Assembly: GCA_951406725.2 (NCBI GenBank)
Contig: OX597821.1
Location: 21,142,001-21,206,000 of the forward strand
Direction of reading: 5' to 3'
DNA from: Octopus vulgaris
Taxonomy: Eukaryota
DNA length: 64,000 nt
Positions 13,865 through 32,434 of this stretch are shown piece after piece. The first letter of the stretch is position 1. Every line of letters starts with the position of its first letter. The notes under the pieces were generated by a model that was given only the letters and a program-made list of their open reading frames with translations, was not told the origin of the DNA and searched no databases. The translations under genes and the position numbers were made by a program.

Positions 13865-14080
13865 AAGAATGAAGGTATGCTATAATTTCTTTCATAAATG
13901 GATTTGATAAGATATGATATTGATATTTAATTATTATATTAATGCAAGATTCATGTAGTAATAAACCTCATTATATACATTCATAAATATATATGTATAT
14001 ATATATTATTATATGTATATATGTATGTATGTATATATATATATATATATAATATGTGTGTATATATATGTATATATATG

Positions 14081-14114
<34 letters not shown>

Positions 14115-14425
14115 TATACACATGTATTTGTGAACGCATACATATATGTCCATTCTTATATACATATATGAATACAGATAGATACACATAGATATGTATA
14201 TAGATATGTACACATGTATAAATGTATTATATATAATATAGATATATATCTTATCATTATATATATATACATATTATATATATATATATATACATTGAGA
14301 TACACTTAGGAGATACTTAAATGTGCGTGTATATATAGATATGAACTTCCTTATATATCTACATGAATATATGTATATATATATATACATATATATATAT
14401 ATGATTTTGTGTGTGTGTGCGCGTG

Positions 14426-14462
<37 letters not shown>

Positions 14463-14474
14463 GGGGGGGAGAAC

Positions 14475-14900
14475 GTGCGATGGGTAAATTGTCGCATTTC
14501 ATATTTTTAATTTCGCGCATGCGCATATTTGTTTTTGATTTTGTCGACTACACATGGGATCGACTGGGTGGTTTGTCTGTGTGACAAACGCCACCATGAG
14601 GCATTTCACTGTCAGAATTTTGGAAACGACCTACTGTACTGCTTGGCATTCACGCCGGATGCTCCTCAAAGAACACGTCAGTGATTATTATGTGTGGGGC
14701 ACAGTTGAGCGTGTGACCAAAAACTCCTTGTAACACCAAAGATAACCTAAAGGCAAGGATTATGACAGAATTCACTTACGTCCAGAAGAGTTGCGGGAGA
14801 TTCCGAAGTCATCTGAAGGCCATGGTTGAAGTCAATTGCGATTTTATCAAATAAATTTACTCTTTAGTATTTCAAGATATTTTTATCTACTTTTGGTAAA
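14475..14900 (+). mobile_element. Internally deleted Tc1/mariner-superfamily element
   Basis: Terminal gggtaaattgtcgc...tttcgcgcatgcgcat...ttttgtcgac shared with 41900-41993 (minus). Transposase C-terminal remnant DYYVWGTVE...LKARIM...CGRFRSHLKAMVE. Confidence 0.75.
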
Positions 14901-15523
14901 TCACCTTGATCACTTTGACTGACCAGTCCGTCGGGCGTTCAAATGACAACTCTGGTCACAGCACGCTGTCCACTCCTCTCTAGATCGCGCCTTTCTCATA
15001 CACGAGATCCCAATCGCCCTCTTGAAATCGTAACTCTACGGTCGTGGAGGCCTTCCGAGTGGTCGTATCCGCTCGCACGGGTACCACTCATCAACTGGTA
15101 CCATCGAGTGGTACTTTTGATAAATATATCTATTAAGATGAGATGTCAGTGTTATTTTCATTTTTGCGTAATTCAGACGACAGTTGATTCACTACGCCCT
15201 GTATGTGTGTGTGTGTGTCTGTGTGTATTTAAGTATTTAAGTTTACATGTGTATGTATATATGTGCGTAAGTTCTACGTTTGTCTGTGTTTATGTGTATA
15301 TGCCTTTTGTGTGTATTCATGATGTGAGCGTTACAAAAGAGCGTAAAAGAAGTTTGTGTATTCCAGAAAACCATTTATATTCTTCTCTCATCTGAGAAAA
15401 CAGCAAGCATTTATACAGTACCCAGTTGTATGTCTTAACACCGTTATGAGAAAAGAATAATTCGACAAAATCTTTGGCGTGAAAATTTGATTTGATGTTT
15501 ATCGTCAGGAGAGAAAATTTAAT

Positions 15524-15978
<455 letters not shown>

Positions 15979-16780
15979 CATTACTATGGCCGTTAGATTG
16001 TGAAGTAATACATGACGGGCCCTCCGTAATTTGTAAGTTTTTAAACATGCATTTCGGCTGGTTGCAGCCAGCTTATTGGTAATTTTAGTTAACAAGTATT
16101 TTGGTTACATTGCGTGGGTCATGGTGATGACATTTTGTGTAATTGCACTCCCTTTTGGGGAATGTAATAATTGTTTTGCCTGTTTGCCTTTTTTGTGCAA
16201 AACAAGATTCTATTCATTTTTCAAATTTAAAAAGAGAATGTCAGATTTGGGCAAAATAATAATAGTCGACCAAGAGCATCGTTTTGATGTAACTCCTACC
16301 AGAAACGTAGCTAAGGAGAAATAAATTCCTCGCCAAAGAGAAATATAATTTCCTCTTTTTTGCTATGACGTGAGTAACAACTGCAAAAGTACCAGAGGCA
16401 ACGATAATGACTACCACAACTACAGTACCACCAACCATCATCACCATCACCACCACCACCACCACCACCACTACCACAAACAGCAGAAACAACAATAACA
16501 GCAACTATATCAACAACAACATCAGCAACAAGATGAACAAAATCGAAAACAAAAAAAGTAACATGAACAAGATAGAAAACAACAAAAACAGGAATAATTG
16601 AGTGGAAAACAATAACAACAACAACTCCTGCTGCTGCAATAATAGCACAATGAACCTTAACAAAACTACTTCTTTTCTAAAGCCGTTAAGAATTGGACCA
16701 TTTTTTCAGTGGCTGTCTTAAAAAAATATGGCTTTGAAATATGAGTGGCATTATGAAACCAGGTGCTTCCTAGTGCGTTA

Positions 16781-17280
16781 CTAGGTTCATGTTCATGCCA
16801 TTTATCAGTATGTTCAAATTCTAGCTCTCTACATAGCTCCCTAGGTTATCGTGACTTTCTTTATATTGTTTCTGTGCCAGCATGCTGCAGTCACTATTTG
16901 ACTAACGCTTTCCTCTGCTGATTTGCATAGCCTAATTTAGGAATCTACTTGGCTTTTGTCCCTCTTCGCTTTAGTCTATCTCCTCTTTTATCGAATTTGT
17001 CTTTAATGCTTGATCTTATGCTGCTACTAACAAAATTTCTGCCTCCCTCTTCAGTCTTATTTCTGCGACCATAACAATGTCTCACTACTACTATTTGCTA
17101 CTACTGTCTTTGGGAATCTGCTATGCAAAGCCTTCTCCTGCCAGTGAGATAACTTTTGTTCTTTTTACTGGTTTTTAAATTCGTTTGGTTTTCTGGTTTC
17201 CCCTAAGTCTTGCTGTGATTCTAGCAGCCCTTAATAATCTTACTTCACTATTATCTACATAGGATACTATATCTACTCTA
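16781..17280 (-). pseudogene. R4/Dong-like (REL-endonuclease LINE) relic, post-RT and CCHC region
   Basis: Hand translation across frameshifts: WQEKALHS..LKREAEILLVAA*DQALKTNSIK..RLCKSAEESVSQIV..LAQKQYKESHDNLG..KWHEHEP. Confidence 0.72.
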
Positions 17281-17863
17281 TACGACAATGTAGCTAGATA
17301 TGCCAACTGGCTGTTGTGCGGCAAAGCAAACCACGAGAGGGCCGAACAATGGTATGAACACAACCCAGATAGAATAATGGAAAACGAACATTACAAAATA
17401 CTCCGGGAGTTTAACTCACAGTACGACCAAGTCATAGATGTGATACGGCCAGATATCGGGTTCATCCATAAAGATGAAAAAGAAGCAAAGATAATAGATG
17501 TTGCAATACCAGGCGATACGAGGGTGAAATGTAAAGAAACAGAAAAGAGTGAGAAACAGCAGCCACTACGGGACGAGATAGGAAAGTTATGGAGCATAAG
17601 GAAAATGATAGTGATACCGGTAGTAATTAGAGCATTAAGAGCAGTTTCCAAGAGCTTTGAAAAACATATTAAGAATATTGGAGCTGCTATTAGGCTCGAA
17701 ATGATCCAGAAGACAGCATTGTTGGGTACAGTTCGCATTCTAATGAGAATATTGTCTTTTTGAGTCACAGGAGAAGGCACTACTTGAAACATTTGGTGAT
17801 TTGCTATTGCTTTCTTTCAAGTAAAGAACAACCGGTAATTAAGAACTATCATAGTCTTTCAGA
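17281..17863 (+). pseudogene. R4/Dong-like relic: REL endonuclease C-terminus + 3'UTR, followed by (TAA)n
   Basis: YDNVARY..WLLC..WYEHNP..IRPDI..IIDVAIPGD..E.EK..IPVVI..QKTALLGTVRIL, then (TAA)n from ~17866. Confidence 0.82.
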
Positions 17864-17872
17864 ATTATAATG

Positions 17873-17934
<62 letters not shown>

Positions 17935-18058
17935 GATAATAATAATAATAATGATAATAATAATAATAATGATAATAATGATAATAATAATAATAATAAC
18001 AATGATACCATCATGATCATCATCGTCATTATTATTATCATCATCATCATCATCATCA

Positions 18059-18117
<59 letters not shown>

Positions 18118-18659
18118 TGCAGGCATGTTTTCTTGGAACAGCGAGTGTTAGTTTTCAATCTCACTACGAGCACTACGAACGAGTACATTGTACATTTAAT
18201 CTAGAGTTTTAGTTGACGTACGTGTCTTTGGAAATTTCTTGTCGGCATGCTATAGATTCCCTTACCAGCAATGTTGAGAAGAAATAAGCAAAAGACTAAT
18301 CAAATGGGGAAACTAAATTCCTTTTACGAACATAATGAGCATTTTGAAGCACCACTCAGGAGGACGAGTTTACGTAATGCGTAGGACACTACTAATGTCT
18401 CAGACACAAGTTGATTTACACTGAAATTTCACCTTCTACACTAAACCCAATATTTCATTGCCATTACCACCACTACAATCATCCTCGTCGTGATCTTCGT
18501 CATCAAATCATCAGCTTCATCAACATTTAGTGCTCATTTTCTATGTTGTCATGTGTTGGACGATTTGACAGGAGCGGACGTGCTAAAGAACTGCGTGTCT
18601 TCTTTGGCAGGGTTTCTGTGGCCAGATCCTTTTCCCAGTGCTAACCAGGTACATTCTGT

Positions 18660-18876
18660 GGCGAGCTGGCAGAAGCGTTAGCACGCCAGGCGAAGTACTT
18701 GGCAGTATTTCGTCTGAGTTCAAATTCCGCCGAGGTCGTCTTTGCCTTTCACCCTTTCGGGCTCGATAAATTAAGTACCAGTTACGCACTGGGGTCGATG
18801 CAATCGACTTATTCTCTTTGTCTGTCCTTGTTTATCCCCTCTATGTTTAGCCTCTTGTGGGCAATAAAGAAATAAG
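18660..18876 (+). mobile_element. SINE family B with Tx1-like 3' tail, nested in an older repeat (~18500-19100)
   Basis: ggcgagctggcagaagcgttagcacgcc...gagttcaaattccgccgagg...gataaattaagtaccag...cttgtgggcaataaagaaataag. Confidence 0.88.
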
Positions 18877-19799
18877 AATGTACCAGGTACACCTTTCTCG
18901 GTGCTGACATCAGTGACGTCACGAAATAACACGCAAAAGAAGACCGCTTGACGGAGGAGTGTGTAGTATTACTAAAAAGTAGCTTTATGCCAAGTAATGA
19001 AAGTTTAAAGTATAATAGAGGGGGAATAACGGGTGTTTTTCAATAAACGAGAAACGGAGCTATTCCACTTGGAAAATGAAGGGCGTTCAAGAGGTATCAA
19101 GGCGTACACTTAAATTACAAGGAGGTGAACATAGGAGAATTGGCGCTAGCACTTGTGATGTGGGTTGTGGGGTGTATGTGACAGCAGCTATGTCAGGGAT
19201 GAGCTTAGAAATACATAGGTATGGAAATAATGGGAGACGAATTTAAATAATGGAAGGTGTTATTGGCAGAATAAGGAAAATGTAAAGAAGAATATTGTAT
19301 TGCCAATATTTTGTTGTAAGACTGAAAGTGAAAATGTAGCTCGGGGTAAAGAGATATAACTGGAGCTTGTATCGCAATCACAGATACATTATGCTCCATA
19401 CGACAAACAAACTTAAACTTTTATATTATTGCAGAGAATAATTAATCTTCTGGAAATAAACCGACTTACTTCCAGAAGGACAGAAGGAATTCTAATATAG
19501 TCCATAGGAGTGTAAAACCATTTACTAATCGACAAAGCCGTATCTGATATTTGTAGAACACAACTTGGAAGTAAATAAAATACAACGAATTGACTACTTG
19601 AATGTTTAGATAATATTCTGTTCTTATTCAGGAATTATTGGTCGCGACTTAGGTAGTACCAGTAATATGCAGGGGCAACAAAGCTGCCGTGGATGTGCAG
19701 AAAACAATTCTTCAGACAGAAGAATAGGATTATAAAATCGAATAACGTTTCAATTAGATGTGGACATTCCAAGTCAACTCTGTCTGTTTGTCTGTCTGT

Positions 19800-19836
<37 letters not shown>

Positions 19837-19919
19837 CTTACTCTCCCTATCCCTGTCTCTTTATTTATTTATTTCTTCAGACAACCTTTCATGGTCTAAG
19901 GCCAGACTCGATTCAAAAC

Positions 19920-20760
19920 TGGCAAAACTGTATACATATAACGATGACCTTATGATTCATGTCACTGTAAGTAGGAGTACTGCAACAGAGAGTTCTCGGA
20001 AACAGGGAAGATATTAAAATACAACTTGTGTTTGAAAATTGTGCCAAGGCAACAGCAAAGAAGGGAATATTAGTATAAATTATTTACATCGTATTTGGAT
20101 AAAGAAGCAGAAATACGTGAATTAGATAAACACAGCCTTGCAGATATTTATGAACGAATTAGACCAAAATATGATACACACAACTGAAAGAACATATTTG
20201 GAAGTAATATTTATAGACGCATCGGATTAATGCTTAAAACGTAGCTATCTACAAAAGGAAAAAAAATATGGTAATATGTATGAAAACCGTAGCTATTCCA
20301 GTATTAACTTCTAATATTCTCATCTGGAAACTCAATGAAGTAGCATGACTATATCGGAAAACAAAGAGAATAACGATTGGATTTAGAATATACCAGCCAA
20401 AATATGACAAAGATTATATTTCCTAGGAATTTACTAAGAAAAAAGGAGAAATTGATACAAATAGCTATAAAGCATAAACAAAGAACACGGTTTTTTTTTT
20501 CTGTCTGTTCTGTCTTCAAAACAGCCAACACGTACAAGAGAGAGGCTGAGATAAGAGACAGTTGTAATAAGTAAAGAGAATTATGGACAGAATGAAACAA
20601 ATAAAAAAAAGCAATTGAGCTAAATATAGATATTCTGAATCTAGGTTTTTAGAATTCAACAACACCATAATGAGCATAACACCCTGCAATATAAATATTC
20701 AAAAACATATTTATAAACTCATCCTCATAGCTTTCTGAGATATGTATCTCAGAAGTTAAT
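19920..20760 (+). pseudogene. Highly degraded RT region of an R4/Dong-like LINE
   Basis: Fragments YNDDLMI, CAKATAKKGILV, AIPVLT..WKLNE..YRKTKRIT, IFPR match the family pattern YMDDLK..CAKAT..AIPVLTYS..LDRKTRK..LYLPR. Confidence 0.55.
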
Positions 20761-21271
20761 GTAGAAAATATATTACCACTTAATTAATTACATAATTAAC
20801 AGGCAATTTGACCTGATTAGCGCTAGAGACAAAGTCAGACACAAAATAAGCCACACCACACAGATCAGAACCAAACTCAGCGTCAAACAATAGACTGGCA
20901 TAACAAAGAACATGACAGGAAAAGAACACTGCCGGCAACATTAGTTTTTTTTTTTCTTTCACAAACAACAATACAGTTATATGCTATATAAAATCAATAG
21001 GTATGTACTATTTACTTTAAAATCGCCATCCGTGTAATATATTAAAGGTATACATATCAGAAAGCATAATGTTGTGGAATTGTCTGAGATGAAGTCGCTT
21101 CATAGACTTATCCTGTTAAACTTCCACCCTCTCTCTCTCTCTCCATATATATATATATATATATATATATAACATATCATATATATTGAATATATATACA
21201 TATATATATACAAAGTAATAAATATATGACACAACGAAGTACCGATATTTACTTGAAATAATATATATATG

Positions 21272-21321
<50 letters not shown>

Positions 21322-21720
21322 AGGTGTAAACTACAACACCAGGCGTAGAGGAGAAGCAATTGTCTACGTATGTCAGTGCCAAAATTGCCAACATTTATGT
21401 TGTGGCGCACGATGTTATGTTATTACTTTGAAGATCCGTAGCGTAGAGATCAATATATTGTATTTATGATCGCAAAGGTTGGTTTTCTTTTTGTTATGGT
21501 GCAAAAGAGTTCATTTCAGATTGCCCCAATCCACTGAACTGTAATTATCTCACTACATAACGAACTGGTATCACGTCCAGGGAGAATATTGTCGTCTACG
21601 TCACTAAGACTACGTAGACCCCGATGACAGTGACGCGGTATTTCAGATATTACGCTTCACAATCGGAAGAATAAGATCTATTGTTGTCTCAGCATAGAAA
21701 CCTGCAACAATAGCAAAGAA

Positions 21721-21763
<43 letters not shown>

Positions 21764-21793
21764 TACATACATACAAACATATCTATTTATGTA

Positions 21794-21865
<72 letters not shown>

Positions 21866-22098
21866 TATACATAGTATTTCATAGATTTGGAGAATTTGAA
21901 ATGGCACATACAATTCTTACCGGTCTTTCTAGCCAAATATAAATTGAAAACGAATTGGAAATACATCTACCTATATATGTGTGTGTGTGTGTGTGCATGG
22001 GCGCTTGTGTGTTCGTGATTGTGTGTGTATGCGTGTGTAGGTATATATGTATATGTATGAATCTATATAGTAAATTATATTTCTATATATATATGCAT

Positions 22099-22343
<245 letters not shown>

Positions 22344-23202
22344 CATATACATACATGCGTACGTATATAATGATAAACACGTATATTTATCTCCGGTTGT
22401 GGCAAGATATATATATACTTAGATGCAATTAGTTTCAAACACCGATATATTCACACGCAAACACACACATAAGCTCACACACACAAACGCACACAAACGC
22501 ACGGACACACAAACACACACACGGATGCACACGCATAAATTTATATTATTGCAAATCGACAGGCACACAATGACACAAGTGCAGTGACCCCTCCATACAG
22601 ACAAAACGAACATTGAACGTAGAAACGTACATTAATGTACGTGAGCGTGTGCCATCACAGGCAACAATTCGTAAAAAGAAAACGTTAAAATCTGTCACAC
22701 ACGAACACGTAAACAAATGCTCGTACACTAGAAAAAAATATTGGCACATTTGAAATAAAAATTCAAATCACCCACTTAATAAACCAAACAAAAAGACACT
22801 AAACTTGTCAACCTCTTACACTCTCTGGCACTTATTTCTCTTCTACTTCGTTCTTCCACTTCCTTTCTGTAGATTTCCATTCCTTTCTCAGTACATCTCG
22901 AAATGTCAATGGAATTAATTTTCTTCGAACACTAAACAACGAACAAATGCAAACACAACGCAGACAGATAGACAAATAAGCATAAACACACTCCTCACAT
23001 GCATATCATACATTAATATATACACCCACTCAGACGCTTGTTTCACACAAACTGTGTACATCTGCTGGTGGCACGTTGACAACCTGTTATCTTGATTTAA
23101 ACACTTGCTCACTCGCATATACATACATATGTGTGTGTATGCATGTATGTGTGTATATGTATGTATATGCATGTGTAAATATATACATACATATGTGTGT
23201 AC

Positions 23203-23259
<57 letters not shown>

Positions 23260-24452
23260 TATCCATGTATATATATTATACACACACACATTAGATAACT
23301 ATAGATATATACATATGTATATATAATGCTATACATATATATGTATGCATACATATGAGCAAATATATAATTTTCGTGTGTGTGTATATTTAGTGTGTTT
23401 CTGTTCGTTTTACGTAGCTGCCTGAAAACCATAGTTTCATGCTCGTATACACGAATTTTGAGAGCGTTATCACCATCGTATATTTTCGTTAGCTGACAAA
23501 ACAAAATGGCGGTGTATCCTATCATGCTTGACCGCCCAACTTCTTTGTCTGTTTTCCTAAAAAGAAATAACAAAGAATTTATAATATGTTTGCTACTCGA
23601 CATTTTCTCTGCCTTTCTATTCGTTTTATATGAAGTTTATATTATTTTTGTCGTTCAAACTAAATTGCACTCTTTTGAACTGTTATCTTTTCAAGATACA
23701 ATGTGGGATCTCACTTAATTCAATAATACCTTCCTCTTTGCCATTATACTTGGGAACTAACAGAATTTTTATGGTGGTGTTTGAAAGAGCTCATGCACTG
23801 CTTCAGTCGACTCATAAATGAGTTCTCTGTTCATCTGATGTAACAGATAGTACTAGTATTGTTTCACTTGTGGTTACTGTAGATGCAATGTAGCTATTCA
23901 TGCACGATTATCAAAAAGACACGACTCGGTGGTTTGATTATAACGGTTAACTTCGCTTTGTTTCCTATTGCGTTAAGAAATTCTGTAGTTATACAAGAAA
24001 ATCCTTTTACTTATAGATAATCTTGTTCTTTTTTTATGAATACATTAAGTTTATTGTCATTGCACATGTGTTTGTTAAGTAAGGAGAGGAATTGCTTTGT
24101 CACATAAATGGTAACATTCTAAGCAATAAAAGATTGAATAAGTTGCGTATCTCCCTTTTTTATATTTTCTTGAAAGGGTGACCTGTTTGCTATTGACTGG
24201 TTATTCTTACACTCATGTAATTGAAAACTTGCTCCATCGAATATAACACTGATTAAATGCCGACTGATTGTCGTAGGTACGTGCTTAATAAGATTCCGTG
24301 ACTGTTTAAAATGTTTCACTTCTGTACATATATATTTTTCTGTTAATATGAAACCAATGGTAGCCTTAATACACAAATAAGGAAATTATATCCACCAATA
24401 CGGTGCTGTGCACTCATTTTCATCCTTCGGCATTTACGTATGTATACATAGA

Positions 24453-24542
<90 letters not shown>

Positions 24543-24883
24543 ACAGAGAGAGATACACACACAAACTACATATTGACCTACCACACACGGCTAATATAAG
24601 TAAAATGAGACATACTTATCTGCATGGCCGAAACAGCTGTAAGATGTAGTTTATATTTATATTTATATTTATTTATATTTATATTCTTTTATACACATTG
24701 TACTTATTGTATCATATTACTCCTTTACGTACACTCCTTTATGTATACTGTTTTGTCATATATTATTATGTTTGACCTTAAAGTTTCTTATGTGGTGGTT
24801 TTAATAAAGTATGTGATTGGGTATTATCTGGTAGTTGATATTTTGGGAATTATTTCTCCATTCTCTTATTTATATATATTCAC

Positions 24884-24934
<51 letters not shown>

Positions 24935-25449
24935 TATATTCACATACACACATGGTATATATAGAAAACCTTTTTACATTTCATATAGTGTTATCGAATA
25001 TTTAAGATAGGAGACATCAGCAGAGACCGACGTGTTATCAAAGTCATCTCCCAATGTGGTTATGGCAAATATTATGCAACATTTTAACTGCACGTATATC
25101 CACCTCTTAAGGAGCATGAGCAATGTTATTTTGTATTGCTATCTATCTGTTTTAATTCGCCCAGGAAAATTAGCTGCATAATCCAACAAGCCTTGAACAT
25201 GCAATTGCTTTTCCTGAAACAGGAGAACATCGAGCCTTGTTCCATTCTTTGTGTTTTTTTGTTTTTTTTTGCATTCGACTTTATGAAATAAGAATGCCCT
25301 GCTAGAGTTTACCGTAGTTGACGCTTTCTAAATATTTTGCTGTTTACTTATAGATGTACTATGTAGCTTTAGAAATACTAGGTAAAAGCTGAGTAAAAAT
25401 CTATGAGGAGATTTTGCTTCCGTTTTAACTCTATCTCGTTCAACCAGTT

Positions 25450-25950
25450 ATTATGTTGAGTTAAATATTTTGCAAACATTGGGTAACTTATTTGCTTTAT
25501 TCGATAAGTTACAACAAACGCAGCGCAGCCTTCCAAGTAGAGATCATCGTGTTGCAGTGTCTGAAGCCACCTTCCTGCCAGTTCATCTCTGCCGAGGCGA
25601 ATAATACCTTCTTTGAAGTTTCCAACTGCACTTCGTTGATTAAGTGCCTCCGGCGCCAAAAAGCAGTTGGAGTGGGCTACGTCTGGACTATATGCTGGGT
25701 GTGAAATCAGTTCGATTCTTTCAGGTTCCTGGAGTTATTTCAAGATCGCTCGTGCGGCATGAGGCCTTGCGTTGCCTTACTGCAGAATAGCTCACTTTCT
25801 GTTACCCAATATCGAGTATTTGTCCGTACGGTAACATATATCCGCTCCAGCCGTTCGGAGTACAGATTGGCATCGATGGTTCGACTATGGATGTTGAAGA
25901 TCCTCATTGCTTCGAGGGACAAAAGCTGTCCACTGTAAGGTATCAAAGAT
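25450..25950 (-). pseudogene. Mariner transposase relic (catalytic domain)
   Basis: TIDANLYSERLER..GNARPHAA..ELISHPAYSPDVA, matching DNARPH and HPxYSPDLAP. Confidence 0.8.
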
Positions 25951-26192
25951 CGGAAAGAAAGGTAGATTCAGAAGGTACAATACTCTCAGCTTTATTTTTG
26001 ATATTAGAGTGTTACTGCTGTAACTTGATGAACAGTTAGCAAAAGTTTTGACTCAGCACAATACTATCATCACATATATTCTCTGAATATTCCTTCGGAG
26101 ACTTGTCACCATCTTTTTCTATATATATATACATGTTTGTGTGTATGTGTGTGTTGTGTGCGTGTGTACATGCAGGAGCACACAAACACACA

Positions 26193-26251
<59 letters not shown>

Positions 26252-26356
26252 GTATTTATATGCATGCATATATATTTACTTGATGCTTTTTACATTTCTG
26301 GCTTTCATGTATACACACACGTGCACACAGAGAGTTGTACGCACACTCTTATATAT

Positions 26357-26426
<70 letters not shown>

Positions 26427-26612
26427 GTATATATATATATGTATATATATATATTTATATATCTATATATATATGTATATATATATAAATATACATATAT
26501 ATATATGTATATATATATGTATAAATATATTTATATATATATGTATATATATATATATATATGTATATGTATATGTATATATATATGTATATATATACAT
26601 ATACATATACAC

Positions 26613-26656
<44 letters not shown>

Positions 26657-26731
26657 CCAGGTGGTGCTATTAAGTTAGACATGGCCTGGGCCAATAATGG
26701 CCGAAACCTATTAAAGTATCAAAGTATCAAA

Positions 26732-26784
<53 letters not shown>

Positions 26785-26909
26785 AATATATTTATACATA
26801 TATATATACATATATACATATATATATGTATATATATATGTACATATATATATATGTATGTATATGTATATGTATATATATATGTATATATATATATATA
26901 CATATACAC

Positions 26910-26955
<46 letters not shown>

Positions 26956-27298
26956 CTATGTATGTACGTATTACGATAGCGTGAGTAGATGTGTGCTGGT
27001 ATTATGTCTGCCGTGCAAGTGTATTGACGTCACAACAACAATAATGCTAAGGCAGCGCTATAATATGTGAGAGTGACATCCCGTTACATTTTGAAGAATA
27101 CAGAGATTGTTTTGACACTTATTCTTCATTCAACTTACTGATCAGAATATTAACCAATTTCATGTAGTAAATTACCCGTAATACATTTTTATGCACACAC
27201 CTAACGTGTATATATATATTTATGTGTGATAAATTGACATTTATCTAATAGCACATGATACATATATATAAACGTATATATATTATATATACTTAACA

Positions 27299-27340
<42 letters not shown>

Positions 27341-27348
27341 ATGTGTGT

Positions 27349-27385
<37 letters not shown>

Positions 27386-27707
27386 AACTAGTTCTACGAT
27401 CTAATATGATTCCTTTCATAAATATGAACGAAAATAATATCGTCATTACCATGGTGACCTGCCTATTCCCCGGTTGCTTATACAGTTAATACCTGACAAT
27501 TATATTTTGTCCATCTTTGATGCCAGTCTGTCTTTGCTATGATGTCGGCAGTTATTCTTTTAGTCTTTCTAAGACACAACCATTTCCATCGTAGCTGCAT
27601 AACCACTGGATAAAGCATATCAACACTGTTATCTAACCACTACCAGCTTCATCACCACTGTAGCGACTGACTGAAGTGTAATCTTCAGTAAAATATATAA
27701 TTTCACT

Positions 27708-28094
27708 GCTGGAGTCGCTGTGTGGTAAGTAGCTTGCTAACCAACCACATGATTCCGGGTTCAGTCCCACTGTGTGGCATCTTGGACAAGTGTCTTCTAC
27801 TATTACACCGGGCCGACCAATGCCTTGTGAGTGGATTTGGTAGACGGAAACTGAAAGAAGCCCGTCGTATATATGTATATATATATGTATATGTGTGTGT
27901 GTTTGTGTGTCTGTGTTTGTCCCCCTAGCATTGCTTGACAACCGATGCTGGTGTGTTTATGTCCCCGTCACTTAGCGGTTCGGCAAAAGAGACCGATAGA
28001 ATAAGTACTGGGCTTACAAAGAATAAGTCCCGGGGTCGATTTGCTCGACTAAAGGTGGTGCTCCAGCATGGCCGCAGTCAAATGACTGAAACAA
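27708..28094 (+). mobile_element. SINE family A, copy 2
   Basis: Aligns end to end with 9374-9764 (e.g. gtggatttggtagacggaaactgaaagaagccc). Confidence 0.88.
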
Positions 28095-29085
28095 TTTAAA
28101 AAATGCACTCACCACCATTGTCACTAGCTATATTTCTGTAGTAGCTGTTAAGACCACCACCGTACCAGCCACTACCACCACAACACCATTACCATCACAA
28201 CCACCATCATCACCATCACCACTAATAATACTATCGCCATTAAAACTACCCACCTTTACCACTGCCGCTGTATGTTCCGTCGCCATCATTACCACCACAG
28301 TTCCAACTACATCAACATCACCAGTAACATACCCGCCACCACCACTACCACCACCACCACCACCGTCTTCATCACCATTATCACAAACACAAAACTCCAT
28401 CGCCACCACCACTTTTAGCCACACCACCAACATCGCTGCCGCCACCACATCGTCACTACCATCACCATCACGACAACCACCGGTGCCACTGCTCTCACCG
28501 AAGCAACGATACTTGTAATAAGTCTCTACTACAATTGCATTTAGCGCCTACATGGTCACCATCGCCATCTTGACCAGCCCATTAACAGTATGGTCGACAT
28601 CTATATGCTCATTACACCGCCATCTTTATAGTACCATCATTGCTATACGAGAGCCTCCGCCATTGCTTTCAGCACATCTATAGACATCAACAGCGTCACC
28701 ACCGCATTAATAGCAAAATAAACATCACCAACTTCATCAGCATCACCAACAGCAACACCGCAACTGCCAATAACAACAAATTCATATTCATCTTTTGCTC
28801 GCAGCTCTCCACCATCGCTATCATCACCGCCAACTGCGCCATTATCAGGATAGCAACAGCTTCCAGTATTTTTACCACCCTCACTACCACTGCAAAAGCC
28901 ATCCCACCACAACCACCACCACACATGTCTTCTATAAGTATGCATATAATCACAGATGCTAGTCTTTTAACTTTCACTTTCAAATTCGAGAGCAAAGCAT
29001 GTTGGGAAAGATTTTAAGTAATTTACATATATATATATACATATATATATATCATATTACATATATATATCATATATTACATATC

Positions 29086-29130
<45 letters not shown>

Positions 29131-29964
29131 TATATATATATATATACTTATATATATATATGTATGTATGTATGTATGTGTATATTTATATATATATATA
29201 TATATATATAAATGTGTTTATGCATGAATATGTGTGTATGTATGGATATATGTAAGTATATATATATATGTGTGTGTGTGTATGTATGTATGTATTTTTG
29301 TATGCATGCATGTATGTATGTATGTATGTATGTATGTATGTATGTATGTATATACGTATGTAGCTAAGCCGGTAGTTCTGATGATTCAGAAACTTTAAGT
29401 ACAGTTGGCATTTACATTTCAGTACGGAATTATATTACATTTTGTTTAAAGAATATCAGATATCAAACAGTGTTTATGAAAAAGTACTTTATAGTACGGT
29501 TTATTGTATGGAGAAAACGAAATTATATTATGTAAGAGTCACACATACAGCTATAGGATATTATACAATATGAGGCGGTGTAAGGCAAGACTATACGAAA
29601 ATAACAGGGAGAAAAGCAGCAAACAGCAATAGCAATAGCACTAGTAGTATTAGTAGTAGTAGTAGTAGTAGCAGTGGTTGTGGTGGTGGTGGTGGTGGTT
29701 ATGGTGCTGGTGGTGGTTTTCGTGGTGTTAGTGGTGGTAGAAGCAGCAGCAGTAGTAGTAGTAGGTGCGACATCTGTGGCATCTATGCACCATTTGTGGT
29801 AGTTGATGTTGTTGTTGCTGTTGTTGTTGTTGTTGTTGTGGTGGTGGTGGTGGTGGTGGTGGTGGTGGTGGTGGTAGTGGTGGTGGTGTAGATGACACAA
29901 GTAGCTGTGCCGATAGGGGGGGGATTGTAGTTGTGTTGGTGATGTTAATAGCGGTAATGTTAGA

Positions 29965-32434
<2,470 letters not shown>

